Assembly (NCBI GenBank): GCA_033723415.1
Contig: JAWVXD010000006.1
Coordinates: 1 to 64,000 of the forward strand
Length of the DNA: 64,000 nucleotides
From: Sulfurospirillaceae bacterium
GTDB taxonomy: Bacteria > Campylobacterota > Campylobacteria > Campylobacterales > Sulfurospirillaceae
Reading direction: 5' to 3'
A program made the translations under genes and the position numbers. The notes below the pieces were generated by a model that worked only from the letters and a program-made list of their open reading frames with translations, was not told the DNA's origin and did not search any database. Each line of letters starts with the position of its first letter. The first letter of the stretch is position 1. Shown here piece after piece: positions 20,760-30,340 of the stretch.

Positions 20760-21209
20760 TTATTTGTAATTATCTATAGAGAAATCCCAGAAGAATTCAA
20801 TCCACTCTGTAGCTTCTCTAGCTGTAAAATCAGGTCTTAAAAGTGCCTTCTCTTTATAAAACACCGATGCTACTTTGATTTCGACATCAGGATATTTTTG
20901 ACTTATGACTTTGATAACTTCTATCATCGTCTCGCCACTGTCAATAATATCATCTACTATCACGACTCTTTTAGCTTTTGAAAGATCCGGAATATTAAAG
21001 ATATCAATCGTATTTAATTTTCTTGTTTCATCATAATGTATGGAATTTATAGAATACAAATCACGCATTTCCAACGCTTCTGCTATAAAATGTCCCAAGG
21101 TCATACCACCTCTTGCGATTGCTAAAATCACATCAGGTTTAAATGTCTTGATCTCTTTTGCAAGCATATTAACATCGACCTTAAACTCTTCATAACTGTA
21201 AAACTTCAA
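20760..21209 (-). CDS. Purine phosphoribosyltransferase (Gpt/Hpt-like)
   Basis: AIARGG and the PRPP-binding motif VIVDDIIDSGET; WIEFFW; downstream of an NCS2 permease. Confidence 0.85.
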   Translation of the reverse strand: MKFYSYEEFKVDVNMLAKEIKTFKPDVILAIARGGMTLGHFIAEALEMRDLYSINSIHYDETRKLNTIDIFNIPDLSKAKRVVIVDDIIDSGETMIEVIKVISQKYPDVEIKVASVFYKEKALLRPDFTAREATEWIEFFWDFSIDNYK

Positions 21210-21217
21210 AGCCTCTC

Positions 21218-22498
21218 CTAATGAACGATAAATACGATAAGACTAATGAGTCCTATAAAAACTATACCGATATTTATATCATCAAATTCTTTCTTGATAA
21301 GTTTGATCAATAGATATGCCAAGAAACCAAATGAAAGTCCGTTTGTGATCGAATAAGTTAACGGCATCATGATAACGATCAAAAATGAAGCTACCGAAAT
21401 GGCAGGATCTTTAAAATTGATATGTGAAAGCTCTGAAAACATCAAAACTCCGACCATAACAAGAACAGGATATATGGCGTTTTCAGGAATTGCAGAGAAC
21501 AAAGGCATCATAAATAGGGTCAATATAAAAAAGAGTCCCGTAAATATAGCCGTAAGTCCTGTTCTTCCGCCTTCTTCAACACCGCTTGCACTTTCTATAA
21601 AGCTTGTCGTAGTAGATACACCAAGAAGTGATCCTGCAACTGTTGCTGCTGCATCGACTTCCAAAGTTTTTTGCAACTCTTTACTGTCATCTTTGAAAAG
21701 ACCTGCTCGAAAACCTACTCCGGCCAAAGTACCGAGAGAATCAAACATGTCAGTAATCAAAAATGTTATGATAACAGGAAGAAGTGACAATTTTAAAGCA
21801 GACATAACATCTAAATGCATCACAATCGGAGATATAGAAGCAGGAAGAGAGAAAAACTCTTTTGGATAAGGAGCTAGTCCACTTACCCATGCGATGATCG
21901 AAGTTAAAAGAATTGCCAAAATAAAAGCACCTTTAACTCTCCAAGCAAAAAGAGCAAATACAAGAGCCATTCCTAAAACACCCAAAAGAAGGTTTACGTC
22001 TTTAAAATTACCTAGGCTTACCAAAACAGCAGGATTAGCGACGACTATACCCATTTGTTTTAATCCAATAAAAGCGATAAATGCTCCAATACCGGCACTG
22101 ATAGCTCGTCTTAGATCATAAGGCACACTTTGCATAACCCAAACTCTAAATTTAGTTAGAGATAGAGCCAAAAATAAAATACCTGAGATAAATACGACAC
22201 CTAAAGCACTCTGCCAAGGAATTTTCATCCCTAAAACCAAACCGAAAGTAAAATAAGCGTTAAGTCCCATACCGACACTCATAGCTATAGGCGTATTTGC
22301 CCACAAACCGTTAAGTACGGTTGAAAAAATAGTTATCAATGCCGTTGCAGTGATAAGAGCGCCCATAGGCATACCGGTCTTGCTCATGATTATGGCATTT
22401 ACCGGAACAATATACATCATCGTCAAAAACGTAGTAAAACCGGCCCTTAGTTCCGTCTTTACAGTTGTTCCACTCTCCTCAAGTTTAAAAAAACCCAA
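21218..22498 (-). CDS. NCS2/AzgA-family nucleobase (guanine/hypoxanthine/adenine) permease
   Basis: TELRAGFTTFLTMMYI, GMGLNAYF, IESASGVEEGGRTGLTA and PLTYSITNG motifs. Confidence 0.92.
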   Translation of the reverse strand: MGFFKLEESGTTVKTELRAGFTTFLTMMYIVPVNAIIMSKTGMPMGALITATALITIFSTVLNGLWANTPIAMSVGMGLNAYFTFGLVLGMKIPWQSALGVVFISGILFLALSLTKFRVWVMQSVPYDLRRAISAGIGAFIAFIGLKQMGIVVANPAVLVSLGNFKDVNLLLGVLGMALVFALFAWRVKGAFILAILLTSIIAWVSGLAPYPKEFFSLPASISPIVMHLDVMSALKLSLLPVIITFLITDMFDSLGTLAGVGFRAGLFKDDSKELQKTLEVDAAATVAGSLLGVSTTTSFIESASGVEEGGRTGLTAIFTGLFFILTLFMMPLFSAIPENAIYPVLVMVGVLMFSELSHINFKDPAISVASFLIVIMMPLTYSITNGLSFGFLAYLLIKLIKKEFDDINIGIVFIGLISLIVFIVH

Positions 22499-22579
22499 TT
22501 TCTCTCCTTTTTGTTTTGTTTTATTGTAATCTTGAATTCTATCAAAAAACCAAGTCTGTTTTTAAAATTATCTGCTTAT

Positions 22580-23644
22580 TTATTGATATGTTTTCAACTC
22601 ATTATACAGGCTGTCTCTCTCGACAGGAGTAAATCCGCTTGTCTTTATGAGTTCTAAAAATGTATCTAGCGTCAGACCGTTGGAACTTTTAGCTCCTGCA
22701 GCCGATTGTATCGACTCCTTTTCTATTGTACCGTCTAGGTCATCTGCTCCGAATTCTTGTGCAATTAAAGCTAGATTTATAGTAGATGTAGCCCAATAAG
22801 CCTTTATGTGCGGGATATTGTCCAACATCAACCTGCTGATCGCATAAGTTTTTAATATCTCAATTGAACTCAAAAAGTTTTCGACTTTGAGATAATTATT
22901 ATCTCTTTGATAAACCAACGGGATAAAAGCATTTAATCCACCGCTGATATCTTGCAGGTCCCGGAGTCTCATCATATGATCGATTCTATGTTCTCTTTTT
23001 TCTACATGACCAAAAAGCATAGTAGCATTTGACTGCTTCCCTCTTGAATGCCAGATCTTATGTATCTCCAACCACTCTTTTGCACTTAGTTTGCCTTTGC
23101 ATATATACTCTCTAACCTTTTCATCAAATATCTCAGCTCCACCGCCAGGCATAGAATCAACCCCTGCCTCAACCATCTTGTCTATGGTTTCTTCATAAGT
23201 CATTCCATATTTTGTAGCCAAGAAATTTACTTCAGCGGCAGTCAAAGCTTTAATATGAAGATTCGGAAATTTTTCTCTGATTTTTGAGAACATTCCCAAA
23301 TACCAGTCCAAACCTGCATCTGGGTTATGAGCCGAGACGATATGGACTTCGGTTATATTGTGTTTTATAGAAGTATCTAAAGTTTTGATCACTTCTTCGT
23401 GACTCATAGTATATGGATTTGGATTTTTTCTATTTGCGCTGAAGGCACAAAATTTGCAGATATCTTGGCAGATGTTTGTAGGATTTATATGTCTGTTTAT
23501 ATTAAAAAAGGCCTTGTTCCCGTACAAAGCCTTTCTTCTTTCTTGTGCATATTTACCTAAAGTAAATAGATCAAGTTCATATAGAGCAACTCCGTCTTCA
23601 TAACTAAGACGTTCTTTCGATTCTAATTTGTCTATTAGGTTCAT
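22580..23644 (-). CDS. mqnE: Aminofutalosine synthase (radical SAM, futalosine menaquinone pathway)
   Basis: INPTNICQDICKFCAF, PGGGAEIF, SNATMLFGH, HIKAYW and GADDLDGT motifs. Confidence 0.9.
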   Translation of the reverse strand: MNLIDKLESKERLSYEDGVALYELDLFTLGKYAQERRKALYGNKAFFNINRHINPTNICQDICKFCAFSANRKNPNPYTMSHEEVIKTLDTSIKHNITEVHIVSAHNPDAGLDWYLGMFSKIREKFPNLHIKALTAAEVNFLATKYGMTYEETIDKMVEAGVDSMPGGGAEIFDEKVREYICKGKLSAKEWLEIHKIWHSRGKQSNATMLFGHVEKREHRIDHMMRLRDLQDISGGLNAFIPLVYQRDNNYLKVENFLSSIEILKTYAISRLMLDNIPHIKAYWATSTINLALIAQEFGADDLDGTIEKESIQSAAGAKSSNGLTLDTFLELIKTSGFTPVERDSLYNELKTYQ

Positions 23645-23714
23645 GAAAAACTTTCAGTAATAAATTTAAAAACATATTTTATCCAAAAAACATTATAGGT
23701 ATATAAAAAAATGT

Positions 23715-24926
23715 TTATAGATAATTTTCAGGTGGATAGGAGGCTTCAACAAAGTCTATATCCTTGTCTCCTCTTCCGCTTAGGTTCACCAAAATGGACT
23801 CGTATTTTTTCTCACGTGCCAGTTTCATAGCATACGCCACGGCATGAGCACTCTCTAACGCCGGGATAATTCCCTCATATTTACACAGATCATAAAATGC
23901 CCGTATCGTTTCTTTGTCATCGACAGCTACGGCATGTGTTCTTTTTTCACTATTTAGATAAGCTTGTTCAGGTCCGACCGATGGATAATCAAGACCGCTT
24001 GCTATAGAATATACAGGTGCCGGAGTTCCATCTTCATTTTGCAGCATGATCGAGTTAAATCCATGCAAGACTCCCTCTTTTCCGTATGTTAGACTTGCTG
24101 CGTGTTCGCCTAGCTTTGTGCCTCTTCCCAAAGGCTCTACCGCATACATTTCACAAGGATCTTCAATAAAAGCAGAGAACAAGCCCATCGCATTACTTCC
24201 CCCGCCTACGCAAGCGACCAAGTTATCCGGTAAATTCCCTGTCATCTCAAAAAATTGTTCTTTCGCTTCGATACCGACTATACTTTGGAAATCCCGCACC
24301 ATCTTAGGAAACGGATGTGGTCCAACAACGGAGCCGATAGCATAGATCGCCTTGTCTGATTCTTTTAAATAAGCTTCAAATGCTGAGTCTACCGCCTCTT
24401 TAAGCGTTTTTGCCCCAAAGCCTACGGAGACTACTTTTGCTCCCAGCATCTTCATTCTTATAACATTTGGATGTTCTTTCTTTATATCTACTTCACCCAT
24501 ATGGATCTCACACTCTAAGCCAAAATATGCAGCAGCCGTTGCAAGAGCTACACCGTGTTGTCCTGCTCCAGTTTCTGCGATCAGCTTTGTTTTGCCAAGA
24601 TATTTTGCCAAAAGAGCTTCTCCCATACAGTGATTTAGCTTGTGAGCTCCCGTGTGATTTAAATCTTCTCTTTTGAGATAAATCCTAGCTCCTCCTACGT
24701 ATTCAGTCAATCTTTTTGCGTAATACACAGGTGTAGGTCTTCCTTGGTAGTGTTTTCTGATATCTCTTAGCTCTTGTATAAAGTTATAAGAATTTCCTAT
24801 GGTCAGATACGCTTCTTCGATCTGTTTGAATTGTTCTATTAACTGTGGAGGTAAAAATGCTCCGCCAAACTTTCCGAAATATCCTTTAGCATCAGGAAAT
24901 GCTTGCAAATAAGGTTTTTTCAACAT
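23715..24926 (-). CDS. trpB: Tryptophan synthase beta chain (stand-alone copy)
   Basis: [32 protein letters not shown] and LSGRGDKD motifs; AGGAG RBS before ATG 24926. Confidence 0.95.
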   Translation of the reverse strand: MLKKPYLQAFPDAKGYFGKFGGAFLPPQLIEQFKQIEEAYLTIGNSYNFIQELRDIRKHYQGRPTPVYYAKRLTEYVGGARIYLKREDLNHTGAHKLNHCMGEALLAKYLGKTKLIAETGAGQHGVALATAAAYFGLECEIHMGEVDIKKEHPNVIRMKMLGAKVVSVGFGAKTLKEAVDSAFEAYLKESDKAIYAIGSVVGPHPFPKMVRDFQSIVGIEAKEQFFEMTGNLPDNLVACVGGGSNAMGLFSAFIEDPCEMYAVEPLGRGTKLGEHAASLTYGKEGVLHGFNSIMLQNEDGTPAPVYSIASGLDYPSVGPEQAYLNSEKRTHAVAVDDKETIRAFYDLCKYEGIIPALESAHAVAYAMKLAREKKYESILVNLSGRGDKDIDFVEASYPPENYL

Positions 24927-25049
24927 ATCGTTTCTCCTTTTATAATTCAAGCTTTGTTCTGGTCATATTTTAAGAAAATTTGGCTTAAAGAGTATAATAT
25001 ATACAATTTTGATTAATATAAAAATGCTTTTTTTAGTATAATATCAACT

Positions 25050-27575
25050 ATGGAATTAGAAGATAAAATAGAAGAGCTTTTATATATAAAAGCCGATGAT
25101 TTTAAGATATCCAAAGCTATCAAAGAACATATTGGTCATTATCTAAATTCTTTAGATGAAATTTTTGTAAAAAATCAAGGAAAAGATTTTTTAGTAAAGC
25201 ACACCAAAACTATAGATAATTTCATAAATATCATCTATAAATATGCCCTTAGAAAGTATTTTGGAAACTATATGCCTTTCTCTAACTCCGTGCCTATGGT
25301 TTTAGTAGGTATGGGAAGTTACGGAAGGGAAGAGCTTTGTGTCTACTCGGATATAGACCTCATGATAGTTTATAAAAATATCAAAGGCTACAATATTGAG
25401 CCCATCATCAAAGACATCTTCACTCTTGCTTGGGATGCAGGCATGAAACTAGGACACAGGACTCATGAAGTAGGAGAACTTTTAGAGGCGAGCAATGTTG
25501 ACCTAACTATAAAGACCGCTATGCTAGAATCCAGATTTTTATGCGGCTCTAAAATACTTTGGATTGAAACTCAAAGAGAGATAGAAAAAATACGAAATTT
25601 TAATAAAAAAGAGACTGTTCTTGCAATCTTGGATATTTATCATAAAAGGATAAAAGAAAACCCTATAAAGATGGAGCCTAATATCAAAGAAAACGAGGGT
25701 GGGCTTAGAGATGCGAACACTCTCTTTTGGCTATGCAAGATAATATTCGGAATCGAGAAGCTAAAAGATCTATCCGATTTCATTCTTGAAGAAGATGAGT
25801 TCAAAGAATTCAGGCACGCCTTAGAGTTTTTATATAGAACAAGATCGGCCACACATTTAAGTGCAAAGAAAAAACAAGATGTATTAAATCTAGAATATAT
25901 ACCTGATGTAGCGAACAAGCTTGGATTTAAGAACAAAGTCCTTAAAAATGCCCAGATGCAACTTTCCCACAAAATTTTACAGTCAATGAACACAATGAGG
26001 ACAACTTGCAATATATTCATCAAAAAAGTCACTGCTCCTGTTTTAGCAGATATCTCAAATTATCAACTCTTAAAAAGTTCAAGAGTCGAGCCTCAGCTAT
26101 ATGTATGTGAAAATACTGTTTATTCTACTTTCAGAAAAAAGGTCATGAGCTTATATGAAGTTTTATTACAACTTGAAAATTTGTATAAAGATGAAATCAA
26201 ATTTGATATCAGTTATGTAAACTTGATAAGAAACTGTAAAATTCCTCAACATAACAATAAAAAGATTTACGTGTCATTTAAAAATCTTTTATACAAGGAT
26301 TTTATCTATGAGATTTTTAAAACTTTAGATGATGCGTCATTGTTACAATATCTTGCCAAACCATTCTCAAAAGTCAAATTTTTGGCACAATTTGACGGAT
26401 ATCATCAATATCCTGTCGATAAACACACGTTAAGATGTTTGTACCATCTTGAAAATATCAAGGATCCTTTTATCAAATCACTCTTTGACACGCTCTCCTC
26501 AGAATACAAAGCGATGCTCAGATTGGTCGTATTCTTTCATGATATAGGCAAAGGACGTAGAGGAAATCATAGTGAGATAGGCGCTAAGATATTTAAAGCT
26601 TATGCACAAAAATTAGGATTTTCAGATCCAGCCATACATAATGGTGTAATTTTGATCAAAAATCATACTCTTATGAACAACGTAGCCAATAGAGAAAACA
26701 TCTATAATGAAAAAGTAGTATTCTCTTTTGTATCAAAGATTCAAAGCAAACTAATCCTTGATATGCTATTTATTTTGACCTATGCCGATATCAATGGCGT
26801 CGGCAAAAAAGTCTATACAAACTTTACATCAAAACTACTCAAAGATCTGTACGATGTATCGATCAAAACATTTGAAACCCCTGATCTTATAGATGAAACG
26901 AGCAGACGGCTTAGAAAAGAAAAATCTCTCAAAAAGAATGAAGATTTTAAGAAGCTTCATCCATCACTACAAAGAAAGATCCTCAACATCAGTTCAAGTT
27001 TCTTCTTTTTAAAATATACGTCTAGTGATATTATTGAGATTGCAAAATTAGCAGATTCTACAGATACTTTTAAATATCATATAAAGACTTCACCTTATCT
27101 AACTATAGAGGTCATGAGACATAGTAATTTTAATATAGGATATCTCTTGGGTAAGTTAGGATTTTTAGACTTAGTTCATATGGAGATATACAAGCTTTTT
27201 GATGATAAAAAATATTTCAAATTGGAATTTAACGAAGACATAAGCGAAGATGATGCTATGCATATAAGCTCTTTGATAGAGAACTCTTTTGATATGAGTA
27301 AAAAAGCCAATCTGATCAAACCTCATATACTAAAAAATGAGATAGATCTAGATTGCGAACACTCTCTCTCATATGTCGGGATGAGTATAAATACAAAGAA
27401 TCAAAAAGGCTTGATGGCTTACGTCATGTCTCGCTTTGACGAAGAAAATATCGACATATCTATGGCCAAGATTCAAACTATCAAGGGGCGCACGAGAAAT
27501 CTTTTTTTAATTGAAAAAACACTATACTTATGTCAGAATAAAGATAAAATTTTAAACTTATTTATTACGGAGTAA
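25050..27575 (+). CDS. glnD: [Protein-PII] uridylyltransferase-like (NTase + HD + ACT)
   Basis: GSYGREELCVYSDIDL, EPNIKENEGGLRD, QFDGYHQYPVDKH and HDIGKG motifs. Confidence 0.88.
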   Translation: MELEDKIEELLYIKADDFKISKAIKEHIGHYLNSLDEIFVKNQGKDFLVKHTKTIDNFINIIYKYALRKYFGNYMPFSNSVPMVLVGMGSYGREELCVYSDIDLMIVYKNIKGYNIEPIIKDIFTLAWDAGMKLGHRTHEVGELLEASNVDLTIKTAMLESRFLCGSKILWIETQREIEKIRNFNKKETVLAILDIYHKRIKENPIKMEPNIKENEGGLRDANTLFWLCKIIFGIEKLKDLSDFILEEDEFKEFRHALEFLYRTRSATHLSAKKKQDVLNLEYIPDVANKLGFKNKVLKNAQMQLSHKILQSMNTMRTTCNIFIKKVTAPVLADISNYQLLKSSRVEPQLYVCENTVYSTFRKKVMSLYEVLLQLENLYKDEIKFDISYVNLIRNCKIPQHNNKKIYVSFKNLLYKDFIYEIFKTLDDASLLQYLAKPFSKVKFLAQFDGYHQYPVDKHTLRCLYHLENIKDPFIKSLFDTLSSEYKAMLRLVVFFHDIGKGRRGNHSEIGAKIFKAYAQKLGFSDPAIHNGVILIKNHTLMNNVANRENIYNEKVVFSFVSKIQSKLILDMLFILTYADINGVGKKVYTNFTSKLLKDLYDVSIKTFETPDLIDETSRRLRKEKSLKKNEDFKKLHPSLQRKILNISSSFFFLKYTSSDIIEIAKLADSTDTFKYHIKTSPYLTIEVMRHSNFNIGYLLGKLGFLDLVHMEIYKLFDDKKYFKLEFNEDISEDDAMHISSLIENSFDMSKKANLIKPHILKNEIDLDCEHSLSYVGMSINTKNQKGLMAYVMSRFDEENIDISMAKIQTIKGRTRNLFLIEKTLYLCQNKDKILNLFITE

Positions 27576-27579
27576 CTAA

Positions 27580-29391
27580 ATGTGCGGCATTGTTGGCTAT
27601 ATTGGGAAAAAAGAAAAGAAATCCTTTTTATTAAACGGATTAAGAGAATTAGAATACAGAGGATACGATAGCGCCGGGATTGCAGTGCTACATCAAAATG
27701 AAATAAACTATTTTAAAGCTGCAGGAAAACTAGATAATCTAGTAGAAAAAACAAAAGATTTTAGCTCTACCGGATTTGGTTTAGGCATAGCTCATACCAG
27801 ATGGGCAACACATGGAAAACCAACTGAAATCAATGCTCATCCTCATTGGGGAGAGTTCTCTTTTGTGATTCATAACGGTATCATAGAAAATTATATGGAA
27901 ATAAAAAAAGAACTACAAGCCGATGGCGTAGAATTTTTGAGTCAAACTGATACGGAAGTCATCATACATCTTTTTGAAAAATTCATATCATTGGATTTTA
28001 CGCCGCAAATAGCTTTTGAAAAAACAATAAATTCCCTTAAAGGTGCTTATGCAATATTACTTATCACAAAAGTTGCGCCGGAAACAATATTTTTTGCAAA
28101 AAATGCCGTACCTTTGATCATCGGAAAAAACAGCGAAAATGAACTTTTTTTCGGTTCATCTGATGCGCCTTTGATAGGATATGCGACTGAAGTATCATAC
28201 CTTGAAGATGGAAGTTATGGCTGGGCAAGTGACAATGAAATTGAACTGTTTGATAAATCCGGAAAAATCAATCCAAATTTTAAATTACTAAACTCCAATA
28301 AAATATATGCTCAAAAAGACGGATACAGATTTTTTATGGAAAAAGAGATATACGAACAATCAACTGTAGCCAGTGAAACACTTATGGGCAGAATAAAAGA
28401 TGATGGAGTATATCTTGAAGAGTTAAACGGTTTTGCCTTTGACGACATTGAAGAGATAAAGATCTGTGCCTGTGGAACAAGCTATCATGCAGCACTCACC
28501 GCAAGCTACCTAATAGAGCGTCTAGCAAAAATCAGATGTTCTATAGATATAGCAAGTGAATTTAGATATAAAGAACCTCTTCTTGATAAAAAAACCTTAT
28601 TTGTAGTAGTAAGCCAAAGCGGAGAGACGGCAGATACTCTTGAAGCTCTGAAGATGGCAAAAAAAGCAGGTCTTAAAACGCTTTCTATCTGTAATGTCGA
28701 CAACTCTTCTATAGTCCGAGTTAGTGATGTGACTATACTCACACGCGCCGGTATCGAAAAAGGAGTGGCTAGTACTAAAGCATTTGCAACACAAGTTTTG
28801 GTCCTTTGGCTTTTGTCACTTTATGTCGCAAAAATCAAAGGAAAAATTGATGAGGATAAATATAAAGCTGAGATTAAAGCACTAAGAAGCATCCCTGGTG
28901 TATTAAAAGTCAATGAAAGAATTCACGAAAAGCTGCATAGATTATCAAAAAGATATCTGCACGGGCATGGATTTTTCTTTATCGGTAGAGATATATTTTT
29001 CCCATTAGCGCTTGAAGGAGCACTTAAACTAAAAGAGATAAGTTATCTGCATGCCGAGGGTTATCCATCAGGTGAAATGAAACACGGTCCTATAGCATTG
29101 GCTGATTGTAATCTATTTACGATAGCTTTGATGCCTCAAACGCTTTTATATGATAAAACAAAAAGCAATGTCGAAGAATTGAGTGCAAGAGATGCGACAA
29201 TTTTGGCTATAAGTCCGCAAGAGTTTGATCTTGCCGATGACATGATCAAAACCAGTGATTTCGATCATCCGATGTGTGAATTTTTTGAGATGATGGTCAT
29301 AACGCAACTTTTGGCACTAGAAGTATCCATAAGACTGGGAAATGATGTGGATATGCCTCGAAACTTGGCAAAAAGTGTCACAGTAGAATAA
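27580..29391 (+). CDS. glmS: Glutamine-fructose-6-phosphate transaminase
   Basis: MCGIVG, LEYRGYDSAG, HTRWATHG, SQSGETADT and PRNLAKSVTVE motifs. Confidence 0.98.
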   Translation: MCGIVGYIGKKEKKSFLLNGLRELEYRGYDSAGIAVLHQNEINYFKAAGKLDNLVEKTKDFSSTGFGLGIAHTRWATHGKPTEINAHPHWGEFSFVIHNGIIENYMEIKKELQADGVEFLSQTDTEVIIHLFEKFISLDFTPQIAFEKTINSLKGAYAILLITKVAPETIFFAKNAVPLIIGKNSENELFFGSSDAPLIGYATEVSYLEDGSYGWASDNEIELFDKSGKINPNFKLLNSNKIYAQKDGYRFFMEKEIYEQSTVASETLMGRIKDDGVYLEELNGFAFDDIEEIKICACGTSYHAALTASYLIERLAKIRCSIDIASEFRYKEPLLDKKTLFVVVSQSGETADTLEALKMAKKAGLKTLSICNVDNSSIVRVSDVTILTRAGIEKGVASTKAFATQVLVLWLLSLYVAKIKGKIDEDKYKAEIKALRSIPGVLKVNERIHEKLHRLSKRYLHGHGFFFIGRDIFFPLALEGALKLKEISYLHAEGYPSGEMKHGPIALADCNLFTIALMPQTLLYDKTKSNVEELSARDATILAISPQEFDLADDMIKTSDFDHPMCEFFEMMVITQLLALEVSIRLGNDVDMPRNLAKSVTVE

Positions 29392-29416
29392 TAAGAAGCC
29401 AAAAAGGCTTCTTATT
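29390..29416. terminator. Probable bidirectional intrinsic terminator between glmS and the convergent aioA-like remnant
   Basis: AATAAGAAGCC-AAAAA-GGCTTCTTATT perfect inverted repeat. Confidence 0.75.
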
Positions 29417-29425
29417 TAAAAGAGT

Positions 29426-29671
29426 TTAAATTCTTTCTTTAAATGACATATTGCTTGCGATGTCTTCTGCTCTACCGATCTTTCTCAAACTTGCAGCCGT
29501 TCCTTTATAAAAAGGGATTTTAGTGTCATGATCAACAAAGTCAGTTACGATGTTATTGACCGGAGAATTTGGGAAACCAAATGCCATGAACAATTCGCCG
29601 TCTCTAACAGAATGTGTCACATAAGCAACGCCTCTAACATTTCCGTAATCATTGTAAAGCATCACCACTTC
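29426..29671 (-). pseudogene. aioA: 3' remnant of an arsenite oxidase large subunit (AioA) or AioA-like (e.g. IdrA) molybdoenzyme
   Basis: EVVMLYNDYGNVRGVAYVTHSVRDGELFMAFGFPNSPVNNIVTDFVDHDTKIPFYKGTAASLRKIG...MSFKER resembles, from recall, the AioA C-terminus (VYNDFG..FMLFG..TDWTD..IPYYKGTW..IRKVG..SFK). Only about 80 codons remain. Confidence 0.7.
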
Positions 29672-29980
29672 ACAGGTAATATCCGAGAACTTAAAAATAC
29701 GATTTATAAAGCAGCTCTAAGTGCAAGAAACGATAAAATTGCTTTAGATGATATCAAAAAAACACTGCGCTCTGTCGAAAAAAATGCAACCGTAGAAAAT
29801 ATATGTAAAAATCTTGTCAACATGTATGGAGTAGAAAATTCTAAAAATATATTTGAAGATGTATAAAAAGAGATCTTAAAAGAATTACTGCATCAATGTC
29901 AAAATATTTCCAAACTGGCACAGTATCTGAATATATCACGAAATACACTAAAAGCCAAAATCGAAAAATATGATCTTTGA
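29660..29980 (+). pseudogene. 3' remnant of a sigma54-dependent (NtrC/AioR-like) activator with internal nonsense codon
   Basis: FTGNIRELKN (AAA+ GNxREL motif) ... EDV*KEILKELL...NISKLAQYLNISRNTLKAKIEKYDL*: a Fis-type HTH continues in frame past TAA 29864-29866; the N-terminal part is absent. Confidence 0.85.
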
Positions 29981-30340
29981 CAATAAATAATTCTTAAATA
30001 TTCGTAATATCTGGTATCATTTCCGCTAGTTTTCAAAATAATATCCTATAAAATCAACATATAACCATCATCAATATATTTAATACAAAATTAACATACC
30101 AGCGGTATAATCCTTTATTTGTTACTAATTTATTTTTCTAGAAAGGAGGATTTATACGTATATAAGTCAATATTGAAATAACTCTGGCTCATTACAGACA
30201 AATATTGTTTCAGCAAATTTAAGTCGCTTATCTATCCAAAATTTGGCGTTTACGAATAGATAAGCTTACTACAAGTGTAGCTATATATTATATCATATAT
30301 TTTGCTACTCATTCTAAAATTTATTTAGTAGGAGAAACAA

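Noticed and set aside
29392..29430. Tn7 element at attTn7
   Set aside because: No Tn7 end, target duplication or tns genes were recognised.
29528..29866. 112-aa plus-strand ORF as an intact gene
   Set aside because: Its first ~44 codons are the antisense of the aioA-like remnant; only the part from about 29660 is activator-derived, and homology continues past the stop.
30012..30028. Possible sigma54 promoter TGGTATCATTTCCGC
   Set aside because: The GG-to-GC spacing is one base off the strict -24/-12 requirement.
30141..30180. Strong SD-like AAAGGAGG with no gene
   Set aside because: No ATG/GTG/TTG at a suitable distance, and the following ACG frame stops after six codons; a small ORF cannot be supported.
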